Below are positions 1 through 7,858 of a DNA stretch of 64,000 nt, piece by piece; position 1 is the stretch's first letter; every line of letters begins with the position of its first letter. The stretch lies in NCBI GenBank assembly GCA_963695225.1, contig OY968762.1, positions 1,312,001 through 1,376,000 of the forward strand, read 5' to 3'. A model generated the notes under the pieces. The model did not search any database, was not told the DNA's origin, and saw nothing but the letters and a program-made list of their open reading frames with translations. Position numbers and translations under genes: made by a program. The DNA is from Vulcanimicrobiota bacterium. GTDB taxonomy: Bacteria; Vulcanimicrobiota; Vulcanimicrobiia; Vulcanimicrobiales; Vulcanimicrobiaceae.

Positions 1-2
1 TG

Positions 3-206
3 GACATCCCCGACCGCTCGTTCTTCAATGCGAACTGCGGGAGCGACGATGAATCTGCGGTGGTGGTCATCGAATACGATGCAACGGATCTTTCGCCAGG
101 CCAAGCGGTCCGCATAATTGGAACCGTAGCCGAGCCGATGGAGGGCAACAACGCCATGGGTGGCACGATGCAGTTTCCGACCGTCAAAGCAGAATTCATG
201 GAGTGA
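3..206 (+). CDS. 5'-truncated hypothetical protein, C-terminus resembling an OB-fold lipoprotein domain
   Basis: Open frame from the window edge to TGA at 204-206: DIPDRSFFNANC...DLSPGQAVRIIGTVAEPMEGNNAMGGTMQFPTVKAEFME. Not in the ORF track. Confidence 0.55.
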   Translation, partial: DIPDRSFFNANCGSDDESAVVVIEYDATDLSPGQAVRIIGTVAEPMEGNNAMGGTMQFPTVKAEFME

Positions 207-288
207 GGGACGAACGCCGGACACATCTGGGCACGACAAGGTTCGAGATGCCGTCACGGCCTGGGACGTCCTGCAATTCGTTGGTCGT

Positions 289-639
289 ATGCATCCTCGT
301 GTGTATTCGTGCTTCCGGTTCTTGACGCGCGAGTTTTCATGGGCACTCGTCGATGATGAGGTGAAGTCCGCCGTTGTGGGCTCTATAGCGCAGAACGTCT
401 CGGCAGTCGAGGAAGCCCTTGATGTACTCAGGGAACTGGAACCAGAACTGATACTGACGTTTCCGCCAGAAACGACGGAGACGTTCGAGTTGTGGAGGCG
501 ACTTAGGGACGACGCCGCCCATTGTGCTGACCGTCTATTTCGACAGGCAAGAGGCAATCGTAATGTCGCAGCCTACAGAGACGCTGACGGCGCAATAAAA
601 TCGGATGTAATCTTGGAGCGAACCGGACATCTGGCTTAG
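289..639 (+). CDS. Hypothetical protein (ORF could start at 160)
   Basis: Lower-GC ORF with a protein-like helical sequence; no recognised motif. Confidence 0.4.
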   Translation: MHPRVYSCFRFLTREFSWALVDDEVKSAVVGSIAQNVSAVEEALDVLRELEPELILTFPPETTETFELWRRLRDDAAHCADRLFRQARGNRNVAAYRDADGAIKSDVILERTGHLA

Positions 640-649
640 GCCTGTCACC

Positions 650-820
650 CTACCGCTTGCGTGTGGCCTCCTGGGCGATTCGTTTGCGTTCTTCGGGCGA
701 GAGCGCCGTCACGCGCGCCACGCCACCTTTAAGGCCACCGCAACGGCGTAACGGCGTAAGGACTCGGGCGGTGGTTTTCCCATACGCCGCCCGAGGTCGA
801 CCCCCGCGCTGTTTTCGCAT
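650..820 (-). pseudogene. Degenerate small basic 'GGLKGG..RA..LSPEERK.IA' protein
   Basis: RRCGGLKGGVARVTALSPEERKRIAQEATRKR* followed by G. TAG sits where such proteins usually have Trp (KRWG), and there is an internal ttacgccg duplication. Confidence 0.45.
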
Positions 821-890
821 TCGGCGCTCGGGCGTCGGGTTGACTTCCGGGCACGTTCCAGTCACGTTTTGGGCATGAGACCTGCTGGGA

Positions 891-988
891 AAGCCGAGGG
901 AAGCCGGGGGAAGCCGAAGGTAGCCGAGGAAAGTGTCTTCATCTAATGGGCCATTTTTCGCTTCCTCCGGCTGCCTCCGGCTACCCCC
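891..988. repeat. Head-to-head arrays of a 10-bp unit (NAGCCGRRGG) around a ~30-bp AT-richer spacer
   Basis: aagccgaggg/aagccggggg/aagccgaagg/tagccgagga at 891-930; the reverse strand of 958-988 reads tagccggagg/cagccggagg/aagcga. Confidence 0.8.
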
Positions 989-2226
989 CAATCACGGCTG
1001 GAAAACGCGTCTTCGACCCGGTCCATCATTTCATCGAACTCGAAGATGCCGAGGTCGCCCTCCTGGACGCGGCGCCCCTCCAACGGCTGCGGCGCTTGCG
1101 GCAACTCGGCCTCGCGTACCTCGCATTCCCCGCCGCCGAGCACTCCCGTTTCACGCACGCGCTCGGAGCGCTCGCGGTCGGCGAGCGCATCGTGCAAGTG
1201 CTGCGCCGGCACGGCGAGTACTTCCGCGACGAGGCCGATTTCCAGGCGCAGCGACGCCTGCTCCGCGCAGCCCTGCTGCTGCACGACGTCGGGCATGGGC
1301 CGTTCAGCCACGCGAGCGAGGCGACGCTCGGCGTGCACCACGAACGCCGCACGCGCGAGATCGTCGGCATGCCCGAGATGCGGCGGGCAATCGCGCGCCT
1401 GGAGATCGAACCGCGAGATCTCGTCGCGCTGGTCGCGGGGGAAGGCGAAGTCCGCTATCCCGTTCTCAAGGAGATCGTCAGCGGCCCGAACCTCGACGCC
1501 GACCGCATGGACTACCTCTTGCGCGACGGCTACTTCACGGGCGTGGTCAGCGGCCGCTACGACGCCGAACAGTTGATCGGCTCGCTGCGCGTCTACGAGC
1601 GCGGCGGCGCGCTCGCGCTCGGCGTCGACGGGCGCGGCGTCGTGGCGCTCGAGTCGTTCGTCTTGGCGCGCTACATGATGTTCGCGACCGTCTACTTCCA
1701 CCACACGACGCGCATGTTCGAGCGCGTGCTGCACGAAGCGCTCGCCGAACTCTGGAGCGACCCGCGCGCGCTCGACCCCATCGACGAGTTCTTGGCCTGG
1801 GACGATTTCCGCGTCCTCGACGCGCTGCGCACCCTGCGCGGCGAAGCCGGCCGCGCCCTGCGCGAACGCCGCACGCTGTACGGACTCGCCGGCGAGTTCA
1901 GCGCCGCGGCCGACCTCTCCACGTTCGAAGCATGCCGCCGCGTCCTGCGCGAGCGCTTCGGCGACGACGTCTGGGCCGACGCCCAAGAGCAACTCCTCCA
2001 TCGCCTCCCGCTCGGCGTCGAAGACGACGCCCCGACCGTTCTCGTCGGCTCGCGCTCGGGCGTCGTCGACGCCCGCGAAGCCTCCGACCTGATCGCGAAG
2101 CTCTCCGGAAAAGCCTACTGGCGCAAGCTCTTCGTACGCCGCAGCGGAAACAGCGTCGAGGAAGCGCGCGAACTCGTGCGCGCCGTAGCAGCCAGACCGT
2201 CCCCCCAGCAACGCCGCCTCTTCTAG
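946..2226 (+). CDS. HD-domain phosphohydrolase (dNTP triphosphohydrolase, YwfO/SAMHD1-like)
   Basis: Motifs DPVH, QRLRRLRQLG, HSRFTHALG, LLHDVGHGPFSH, DADRMDYLLRD, VYFH. Confidence 0.92.
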   Translation: MGHFSLPPAASGYPPITAGKRVFDPVHHFIELEDAEVALLDAAPLQRLRRLRQLGLAYLAFPAAEHSRFTHALGALAVGERIVQVLRRHGEYFRDEADFQAQRRLLRAALLLHDVGHGPFSHASEATLGVHHERRTREIVGMPEMRRAIARLEIEPRDLVALVAGEGEVRYPVLKEIVSGPNLDADRMDYLLRDGYFTGVVSGRYDAEQLIGSLRVYERGGALALGVDGRGVVALESFVLARYMMFATVYFHHTTRMFERVLHEALAELWSDPRALDPIDEFLAWDDFRVLDALRTLRGEAGRALRERRTLYGLAGEFSAAADLSTFEACRRVLRERFGDDVWADAQEQLLHRLPLGVEDDAPTVLVGSRSGVVDAREASDLIAKLSGKAYWRKLFVRRSGNSVEEARELVRAVAARPSPQQRRLF

Positions 2227-2369
2227 CCGCGCAGGAGGCTCCCGCTCGCGCGGGCCAAGCGGCCGAACCGCGGCCTGCGGCGCAACCCCGTCCGGAACGC
2301 GTGCGGAATCCCCGCTCCGTAGTACCCGCTCAGGACGAAAATCGGACGCCCGCCGGTTATCGTCGAGGG

Positions 2370-3971
2370 ATGGTGCATGAGAAGCGAGGCAGCGAAGAGA
2401 TCGACGTCACCCTGTGGTTGCGACCGCGCCGAGGCGGGAAGCTTTGCCCCGAGCGCGCCTTCGAAATCGGCCGGATGCTTCCCGCGCAGCGGCAGTATCT
2501 GACCCGCGACGCGCTCGACGAGCAGTACGGGCCGGACCCCGCGGATGTCGACGAAGTTTGCAAGATCCTGACGGCCTCGTACGGCCTGCGGACGGCATGG
2601 CGGCGCTGGCGGGCCCTCCGCGTGACGGGCGTGCCGGCGGCGTTTCGGAAGCTGCAGGCGGACCTCGAGCACGAAAAGGCGCGGCTCGCGAGCGCCGCGA
2701 CGCCGCTCGGGCGCGGCGAGGATGCGCGCGAGGCGGACGGCTCGTTCCTCGCGCGTACCGTGATCGACCTCTTCGGCTTGGACGAAGCACCGGAGGCCGC
2801 TCAACCGGCGGCCACCGTGCCGCGCCGGGGTGCAAGACCCTCGGAACCGGCGGCCGCCGGCCGTCCGATCCCGCCGCAGGAGATCGCGCGACTCTACGAT
2901 CTGCCGCCGGGGCTCGACGGAGCGGGCCAAACGATCGCTCTCATCTCGTTCGGCGGAACGTTCGACCACGCCGATTTCGTGGCGGGGATGCGCGCCTGCG
3001 GCGTCGCCCCGGGCGAAGTTACCCGCGAAGTCGTCGACGCCGTAGACCCGGCGACGCCGAGCGTCGAATTGACGATCGACACGCAGGTTGCGGGCGCGTT
3101 CGCACCCGGCGCGCGCCTCAAGATCTACGCCGCGAAAGATTCACCGCGCGGCTGGCTCGATGCGCTCGTCGCGGCGCTCGCCGATCGCGAAGCCGCTCCC
3201 TCGGTCATTTCGATAAGCTACGGGCAGCCGGAGGACGCGTTCACCGTGTCGCAGATCGCGTGCTTCGAGGACATCTTCAAGGCCGCGGCGCTGATCGGCG
3301 TGACCGTGATCGCGGCGACCGGGGATTCGGGCCCGACGCTCGGCTCCGGCGACGGGACGCTGTCCGTAGCGTATCCGGCTTCGAGCCGGTTCGTCCTAGC
3401 GTGCGGCGGGACCGAGGTCTCAAAGACCTCCGTCGGCGGCCGGCGGAGCGAGCGGGTCTGGAACGCCGGAGCGCACGAGACCACGGGCGGCGGTTTCAGC
3501 GCGCGTTTCCCGCTCCCCCCGTGGCAGCAGGCGCCGCTCTGCGCGGCCGTCGCGCGCTATCGCAAGTTGTATGGGGCCGAACCGGGGCGCGGGACGCCGG
3601 ATCTCGTCGCCATGGCGGCACCCGGCTTCACGCTCGCCTATAAGGGCGCAATAACGGCGGGCGGCGGAACGAGCGCCGTCGCGCCGTTCATCGCCGCCCT
3701 GATCGTTCGGATCAATCAACGCCTGGGCGGTCCCACCGCCGGGTTCTTCGCGCCGCTCCTCTACCAGGGCGCGGCTGAAGGGCGGCGTCTGTTCCGCGAG
3801 ATTCGCGAGGGCGATCTCCCCCCGTTTCGTCCTCGCGGGGGGGGCTGGGATCCGAGCACCGGCTCCGGTGCGCCGTGCAGCTCGGACGTGATGCACCTCC
3901 TCAGCGGTGCTTCGGACGTGCTAAGGGCCGCCGTGGTCGACCGGCGGTATGCAGCCGAACGCGTCGTCTGA
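2370..3971 (+). CDS. S53 (sedolisin/kumamolisin) serine-carboxyl peptidase with prodomain; alternative GTG start at 2301
   Basis: Prodomain VTLWLR; catalytic ELTID (E-x3-D), SISYG, ATGDSG (oxyanion Asp), GGTSAVAP (Ser); C-terminal GWDPSTGSG. No signal peptide visible. Confidence 0.92.
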   Translation: MVHEKRGSEEIDVTLWLRPRRGGKLCPERAFEIGRMLPAQRQYLTRDALDEQYGPDPADVDEVCKILTASYGLRTAWRRWRALRVTGVPAAFRKLQADLEHEKARLASAATPLGRGEDAREADGSFLARTVIDLFGLDEAPEAAQPAATVPRRGARPSEPAAAGRPIPPQEIARLYDLPPGLDGAGQTIALISFGGTFDHADFVAGMRACGVAPGEVTREVVDAVDPATPSVELTIDTQVAGAFAPGARLKIYAAKDSPRGWLDALVAALADREAAPSVISISYGQPEDAFTVSQIACFEDIFKAAALIGVTVIAATGDSGPTLGSGDGTLSVAYPASSRFVLACGGTEVSKTSVGGRRSERVWNAGAHETTGGGFSARFPLPPWQQAPLCAAVARYRKLYGAEPGRGTPDLVAMAAPGFTLAYKGAITAGGGTSAVAPFIAALIVRINQRLGGPTAGFFAPLLYQGAAEGRRLFREIREGDLPPFRPRGGGWDPSTGSGAPCSSDVMHLLSGASDVLRAAVVDRRYAAERVV

Positions 3972-4163
3972 GAGCCACTTGTGCACGGTCTTGCTGCGTT
4001 CGATCAGACCTGCGACCTGGGCGCGGTTCCGGTCGTCCACGGCGCCCGGGATCGCCTTGATCTTCTCGTGAAGATCGTCGATCGCTTTCGCGTGCGCATC
4101 GAGGTGCTCTTTGAGCCGGCTGGTGACGGCCGGGTCGCGGCCGTCCGCCGCTGATTTCGTCAT
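3921..4163 (-). CDS. Small 80-aa helical protein or peptide precursor ending DDAFGCIPPVDHGGP
   Basis: Strong RBS (GGGGGA) upstream of ATG; GC3-biased codons; two amphipathic helices; lies 30 bp downstream of the co-oriented regulator. Confidence 0.75.
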   Translation of the reverse strand: MTKSAADGRDPAVTSRLKEHLDAHAKAIDDLHEKIKAIPGAVDDRNRAQVAGLIERSKTVHKWLSDDAFGCIPPVDHGGP

Positions 4164-4193
4164 GAACGGTTCCCCCTATTCGACTGGCTATGG

Positions 4194-7100
4194 TTATGTC
4201 GATTCTAAGGGCGCGCTGTCCGAAAACCGTCCCGCCTGCCCATTCCCGGCGGTCTCGAGCAGCGTGCGATGGACGCCGACGCTCGAGAACGCTCGCCGCG
4301 TTTCGTCATCCGGAATCTCGCGCAAGTGCTTCTCGACCATGCCGCGCGCGCGCGCGGCCACCGCATCGGCCTCCTCCGTGCGGCCCAGACCGCGCAACAC
4401 GGCGATCGCGGCGGCATAGACCTCCGGCATCGAATCGAAGCCGGCCGGGACGCCGTCGAGGAACGGTAAGAGCCGCTCGAGCGTCTCCGCAGCCGCGCGC
4501 GTTTGACCCGTTCGAAACTGCGAGAGCGCGAGATGGCTATAGAGTTCGGCACCAAGGCGCTCGCCCGCCCCCGGCGCGAGGAGCGTAGCCGCTCGCTCGA
4601 ACGTGGAGCGCGCTAGTTCCTCGTCGCCGCAACCGCGCTGCGCTACCCCAAGGTTCACGAGCGTCGGGACGACTTGAGCCTGCGTGCCGAGCGTCGTCCA
4701 GAGTTTGAAGGCCGTCTCGCTCGCCGCACGCGCCCGTTCGAACTGGCCGCTGCGATTGTAGCAATGCGCGAGGTTCACGTGACACGAGGCGACCCCGAAT
4801 TCGTACTCGAGTTCCGACGCGGCACGCAGCGCTTCAGAGAACGCCGTCTCGGCGTCGTCGAAGCGGCCGACTAACGTCGACATGATCCCGTACTCCGCCA
4901 GCACGCTGTACGACTCCAGGCGATTTCCGAGATCCTCGAACATGCGGGCAGCGCGTTCGAGGAAATCGCGCGCCCGCACGACGTTCAATTGCCAAGCTGC
5001 GGCGGCGCCGAGGAAGCGGTAGCCCTGCGCCTCGCCCTCGATGTAGCCGATCGAGATGGAAAGCTCGAGCAGCTTTTCGGCGAGCGACGTCATCGCTTTG
5101 TAACGCTGCGCCATCATCTCGACCAGAATCTGCTGCACGATCAACTTCGCCCGCAGGAACCCCGTCTCGGGTCGCTCGTCCAGGGATTCCTCGGCATGCC
5201 GGAGCATCGCGCGGATCCCGTCGTCGTTCCGCTCGCTACGAAAGAGCCGTACGATCTCGAGCGCCGCGTCGACGATCCCCGACGTATCCCCGAGCTCGTC
5301 GAAGCGTTCGAGCGTCTGCTCCAGGATCGGCTTGGCTTCCGCGAAGTGCCCGCTCGCGAGCAAGTACGATCCCCGCGCTAGCGCCGCGCGCGCCTGCCAG
5401 CGATCGGAACGTGCGCGCTCCGCGAGCGCGGCGATCGCCGCCCGTTCCCGTTCGCGGTCGCTCACCGCGCGGGCGAAGGCAATGCGGCGCTGCAACGCCT
5501 CGCAGGCGAGTTCGTCCGCCGCCAGCGCCTCGATCCGCTCGAGATCCTCGCCTTGTTCGCGCCGGCGCCCCAGCCGCCCGAGGCTCTCCTCCCGCGTGAG
5601 CAGCAGTTCGAGCAGCGTCTCCGGCGCGGGCGAGAGGGCCAGGCCGCTCGTCGCATCCGCCACCGCATCTTCGTTCGCGTAGAGATCGAGCGCGCGCCGC
5701 GCCGCGAGCAAATGGAACGCGGCCGCGCGCTCGCGTTCGCCGCAAGCCTCCAAGTGATACGCGAGTTCGCTCGCGAGTTCGAGCTGCCGGTCCGGATAGA
5801 GCTCTTCGAGCGCGCTCGCGATCCGGCGATGCCGCTCGATCCGCTGCGCCTTGGGGATGCGCTCGTAGGCCCGCGTTTGAAAGAGCTGGTGCGTGAAGTT
5901 GTACGACGAGCCTCGCGCCGCGCTTTCGCGGACGATGTTACCGGCGACGAGTTCGGCCATGGCGGCGACGATCTGGCGCTCGTGCAGGCTGGTCAATTCG
6001 CTCAAGAGCGCGATGTCGAAACCACGCCCGACGATCGCCGCGGCTTCGACGAGCGTGCGAGCGGCCTCCGAGAGGCGGCCGAGCCGCACGTCGATCGCCG
6101 CCTTCATGCTCCCGGGAAGCCGTGCGGTATCGAGCTCTTCGCCTCCGGAGGCCGGTGCCTCCGCGACCTCGCGAACGAGCTCGCTCAAGAACAGCGGGTG
6201 CCCTTCGGTCGCCGCGAAGAAACGGCTCGCGAGCGGCGAAGCGGGCGCCGCAGAGGCCACGTCTTCGAGGATCTCGCGGACGTCGTCGAACGTAAGCGGG
6301 CCGAGAGAGATCTTGACGATACGCCCTTCTTGCTGCAGCCGGCGGCGCAATTCGCGGAGCGGGTGCGAGCGCAGCGTCTCCTCCTCGCGATAGGTCGCCA
6401 GGATGAGGACGCGAGCCTCGCTCAAGCGCCGCGCGAGGTGCTCGAGCAGCGAGATCGTGCCGGCGCCCGCCCAATGCAGATCTTCGATTGCGAGCAAGAC
6501 GGGCGCCTTCGCGGCGAGCGCCGCGAACGCCGCGACGATCGCTTCGAAGAGGCGGCGCCGCTCGGCCGCCGCGTCGAGCGGAACCGAGGAGACGCGCGTC
6601 TCTCGCTCGCCGAGGAGTTCCGGGAGCAGCGTCGCGAGCGCATCGCGGCGAACCGCATCGAGCTCGGCCGCTTCGATCCCAGGCGCCGCCTTGCGCAGCA
6701 CGTCGATGAACGGCTGATACGGAGCGGATTCGATGAACGACGTCTCGCCGACGAAGGCGATGCCGCCGCCCGCGACGACGTGCTTGGCGAACTCCTCGAC
6801 GAGGCGCGTCTTTCCCAAGCCCGCCTCGCCGCCGACGGCGATCAGGTTTCCGCGCCCCCGCACCGCGCGGCTCCAGGCCTGCAGAAGCTGTTGCAGCGGA
6901 CCGTCGCGTCCGGTGAACGGCAGCGCATCCGCAGGCGTCCAGCGCGCCCCGGCGACGGCCGCAACGGGCATCTCCACCGCAAGCGCGCTCCGCTTGACGA
7001 TGCTCGTGTAGACCGCGACCGTTTCCGGCATCGGTTCGACGTCGAGATCGTCGCGCAGCCGCCGCGCAAAGCGCTCGAACTCCGCGAGCGCGCCGGAACG

Positions 7101-7718
7101 GTCGCCGAGTTCGGCGCGCAGCGCGATCACGTGCCGGATCGCGTCCTCGCGCCACGGATCGAGCCGCAGCAGGTCCTGCGCGTACCGGATCGCGGTCGCG
7201 AAATCGCCGGCTTCTCGAGATTTCACGACGAGACGCTCGAGATTCTCGGTGTTTCGCTGCCGCAAGCGATCCCTCTCGTCAACGATCCACTCGTCGTCGA
7301 ACGCGGCCAAGAGGTCCCCGGCGTAGAGCGCGGCGGCATCGGGGAGGCGCGCGTCGTCGGCGCTGTAGGCGCGAAAAAGGTCGACGTCGAGGGTCGCAGG
7401 CGCTTTCGGGTTCCAGCGCACCGTCGTCGCGTCGGCGTCGATCCAAGGTTCGCGCCCGCTCGGCGGGAGCGCGCGCGTCACAAGATAGAGGTGTCTCCGC
7501 AGCGCGGCGCGGGCCGAGGTCTCATCCTCGTCCGGCCAGAGCGTAAACGCGAGGGTCTGCCGGTTCAGCCGTTCCTTCTGATGCAGCAAGAGGTACGCGA
7601 ACAGAGCCGCGGCCTTGCGCGGTCCCGCGAACTTGAGCTGCGTTCCGCCCACTTCAAGGCGGAGCGACCCTAGGAGGGAGATCGTGAGCACTGCGTATCG
7701 TGATTCCGTGACGGGCAT
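4194..7718 (-). CDS. SARP/AfsR-like regulator: wHTH + BTAD + STAND (AAA_16) ATPase + TPR repeats
   Basis: LLGSLRL...LWPDE..ARAALR (wHTH); LYAGDLL...DPWREDA (BTAD); Walker A GEAGLGKT; Walker B LAIEDLHW; GHPLFL; YNFTHQL; C-terminal TPR-like helices. Confidence 0.9.
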   Translation of the reverse strand: MPVTESRYAVLTISLLGSLRLEVGGTQLKFAGPRKAAALFAYLLLHQKERLNRQTLAFTLWPDEDETSARAALRRHLYLVTRALPPSGREPWIDADATTVRWNPKAPATLDVDLFRAYSADDARLPDAAALYAGDLLAAFDDEWIVDERDRLRQRNTENLERLVVKSREAGDFATAIRYAQDLLRLDPWREDAIRHVIALRAELGDRSGALAEFERFARRLRDDLDVEPMPETVAVYTSIVKRSALAVEMPVAAVAGARWTPADALPFTGRDGPLQQLLQAWSRAVRGRGNLIAVGGEAGLGKTRLVEEFAKHVVAGGGIAFVGETSFIESAPYQPFIDVLRKAAPGIEAAELDAVRRDALATLLPELLGERETRVSSVPLDAAAERRRLFEAIVAAFAALAAKAPVLLAIEDLHWAGAGTISLLEHLARRLSEARVLILATYREEETLRSHPLRELRRRLQQEGRIVKISLGPLTFDDVREILEDVASAAPASPLASRFFAATEGHPLFLSELVREVAEAPASGGEELDTARLPGSMKAAIDVRLGRLSEAARTLVEAAAIVGRGFDIALLSELTSLHERQIVAAMAELVAGNIVRESAARGSSYNFTHQLFQTRAYERIPKAQRIERHRRIASALEELYPDRQLELASELAYHLEACGERERAAAFHLLAARRALDLYANEDAVADATSGLALSPAPETLLELLLTREESLGRLGRRREQGEDLERIEALAADELACEALQRRIAFARAVSDRERERAAIAALAERARSDRWQARAALARGSYLLASGHFAEAKPILEQTLERFDELGDTSGIVDAALEIVRLFRSERNDDGIRAMLRHAEESLDERPETGFLRAKLIVQQILVEMMAQRYKAMTSLAEKLLELSISIGYIEGEAQGYRFLGAAAAWQLNVVRARDFLERAARMFEDLGNRLESYSVLAEYGIMSTLVGRFDDAETAFSEALRAASELEYEFGVASCHVNLAHCYNRSGQFERARAASETAFKLWTTLGTQAQVVPTLVNLGVAQRGCGDEELARSTFERAATLLAPGAGERLGAELYSHLALSQFRTGQTRAAAETLERLLPFLDGVPAGFDSMPEVYAAAIAVLRGLGRTEEADAVAARARGMVEKHLREIPDDETRRAFSSVGVHRTLLETAGNGQAGRFSDSAPLEST

Positions 7719-7752
7719 GCGCCGGCTTCGCGCCCCTCGTATGGGGCGAAAG

Positions 7753-7780
7753 TCCTGTGGATCATCTGATCCTTACAGGA
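7753..7780. promoter_or_regulatory. Imperfect palindrome upstream of the BTAD regulator (candidate operator or hairpin)
   Basis: TCCTGT-GGATCA-TC-TGATCC-TT-ACAGGA, 35-62 bp upstream of the start codon. Confidence 0.45.
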
Positions 7781-7858
7781 TATGCCGCTCGACGCAAGGG
7801 CCCCGGCAACAAGCCGGCGACCCGGCCGCAGCCGGGCGCCGGCAGCGTTGCAGCGCGC

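Larger units (their letters stand above)
1..990. mobile_element. Putative right end of a lower-GC genomic island or integrated element remnant
   Basis: GC is 32/60 at 541-600 versus 44/60 at 1561-1620; hypothetical and decayed ORFs; att-like repeat arrays at 849-988. No integrase inside the window. Confidence 0.4.

Noticed and set aside
891..988. Repeat array as a CRISPR
   Set aside because: Units are 10 bp and contiguous with no spacers; no cas genes.
946..2226. HD dNTPase as an anti-phage island gene
   Set aside because: Host-like GC and a widespread housekeeping family; nothing beyond proximity supports a defence role.
933..3971. 1012-aa ORF as a giant protease fusion
   Set aside because: The first ~460 codons are an Arg/Pro-rich off-frame read of the HD gene; only the part from 2301/2370 is S53-like.
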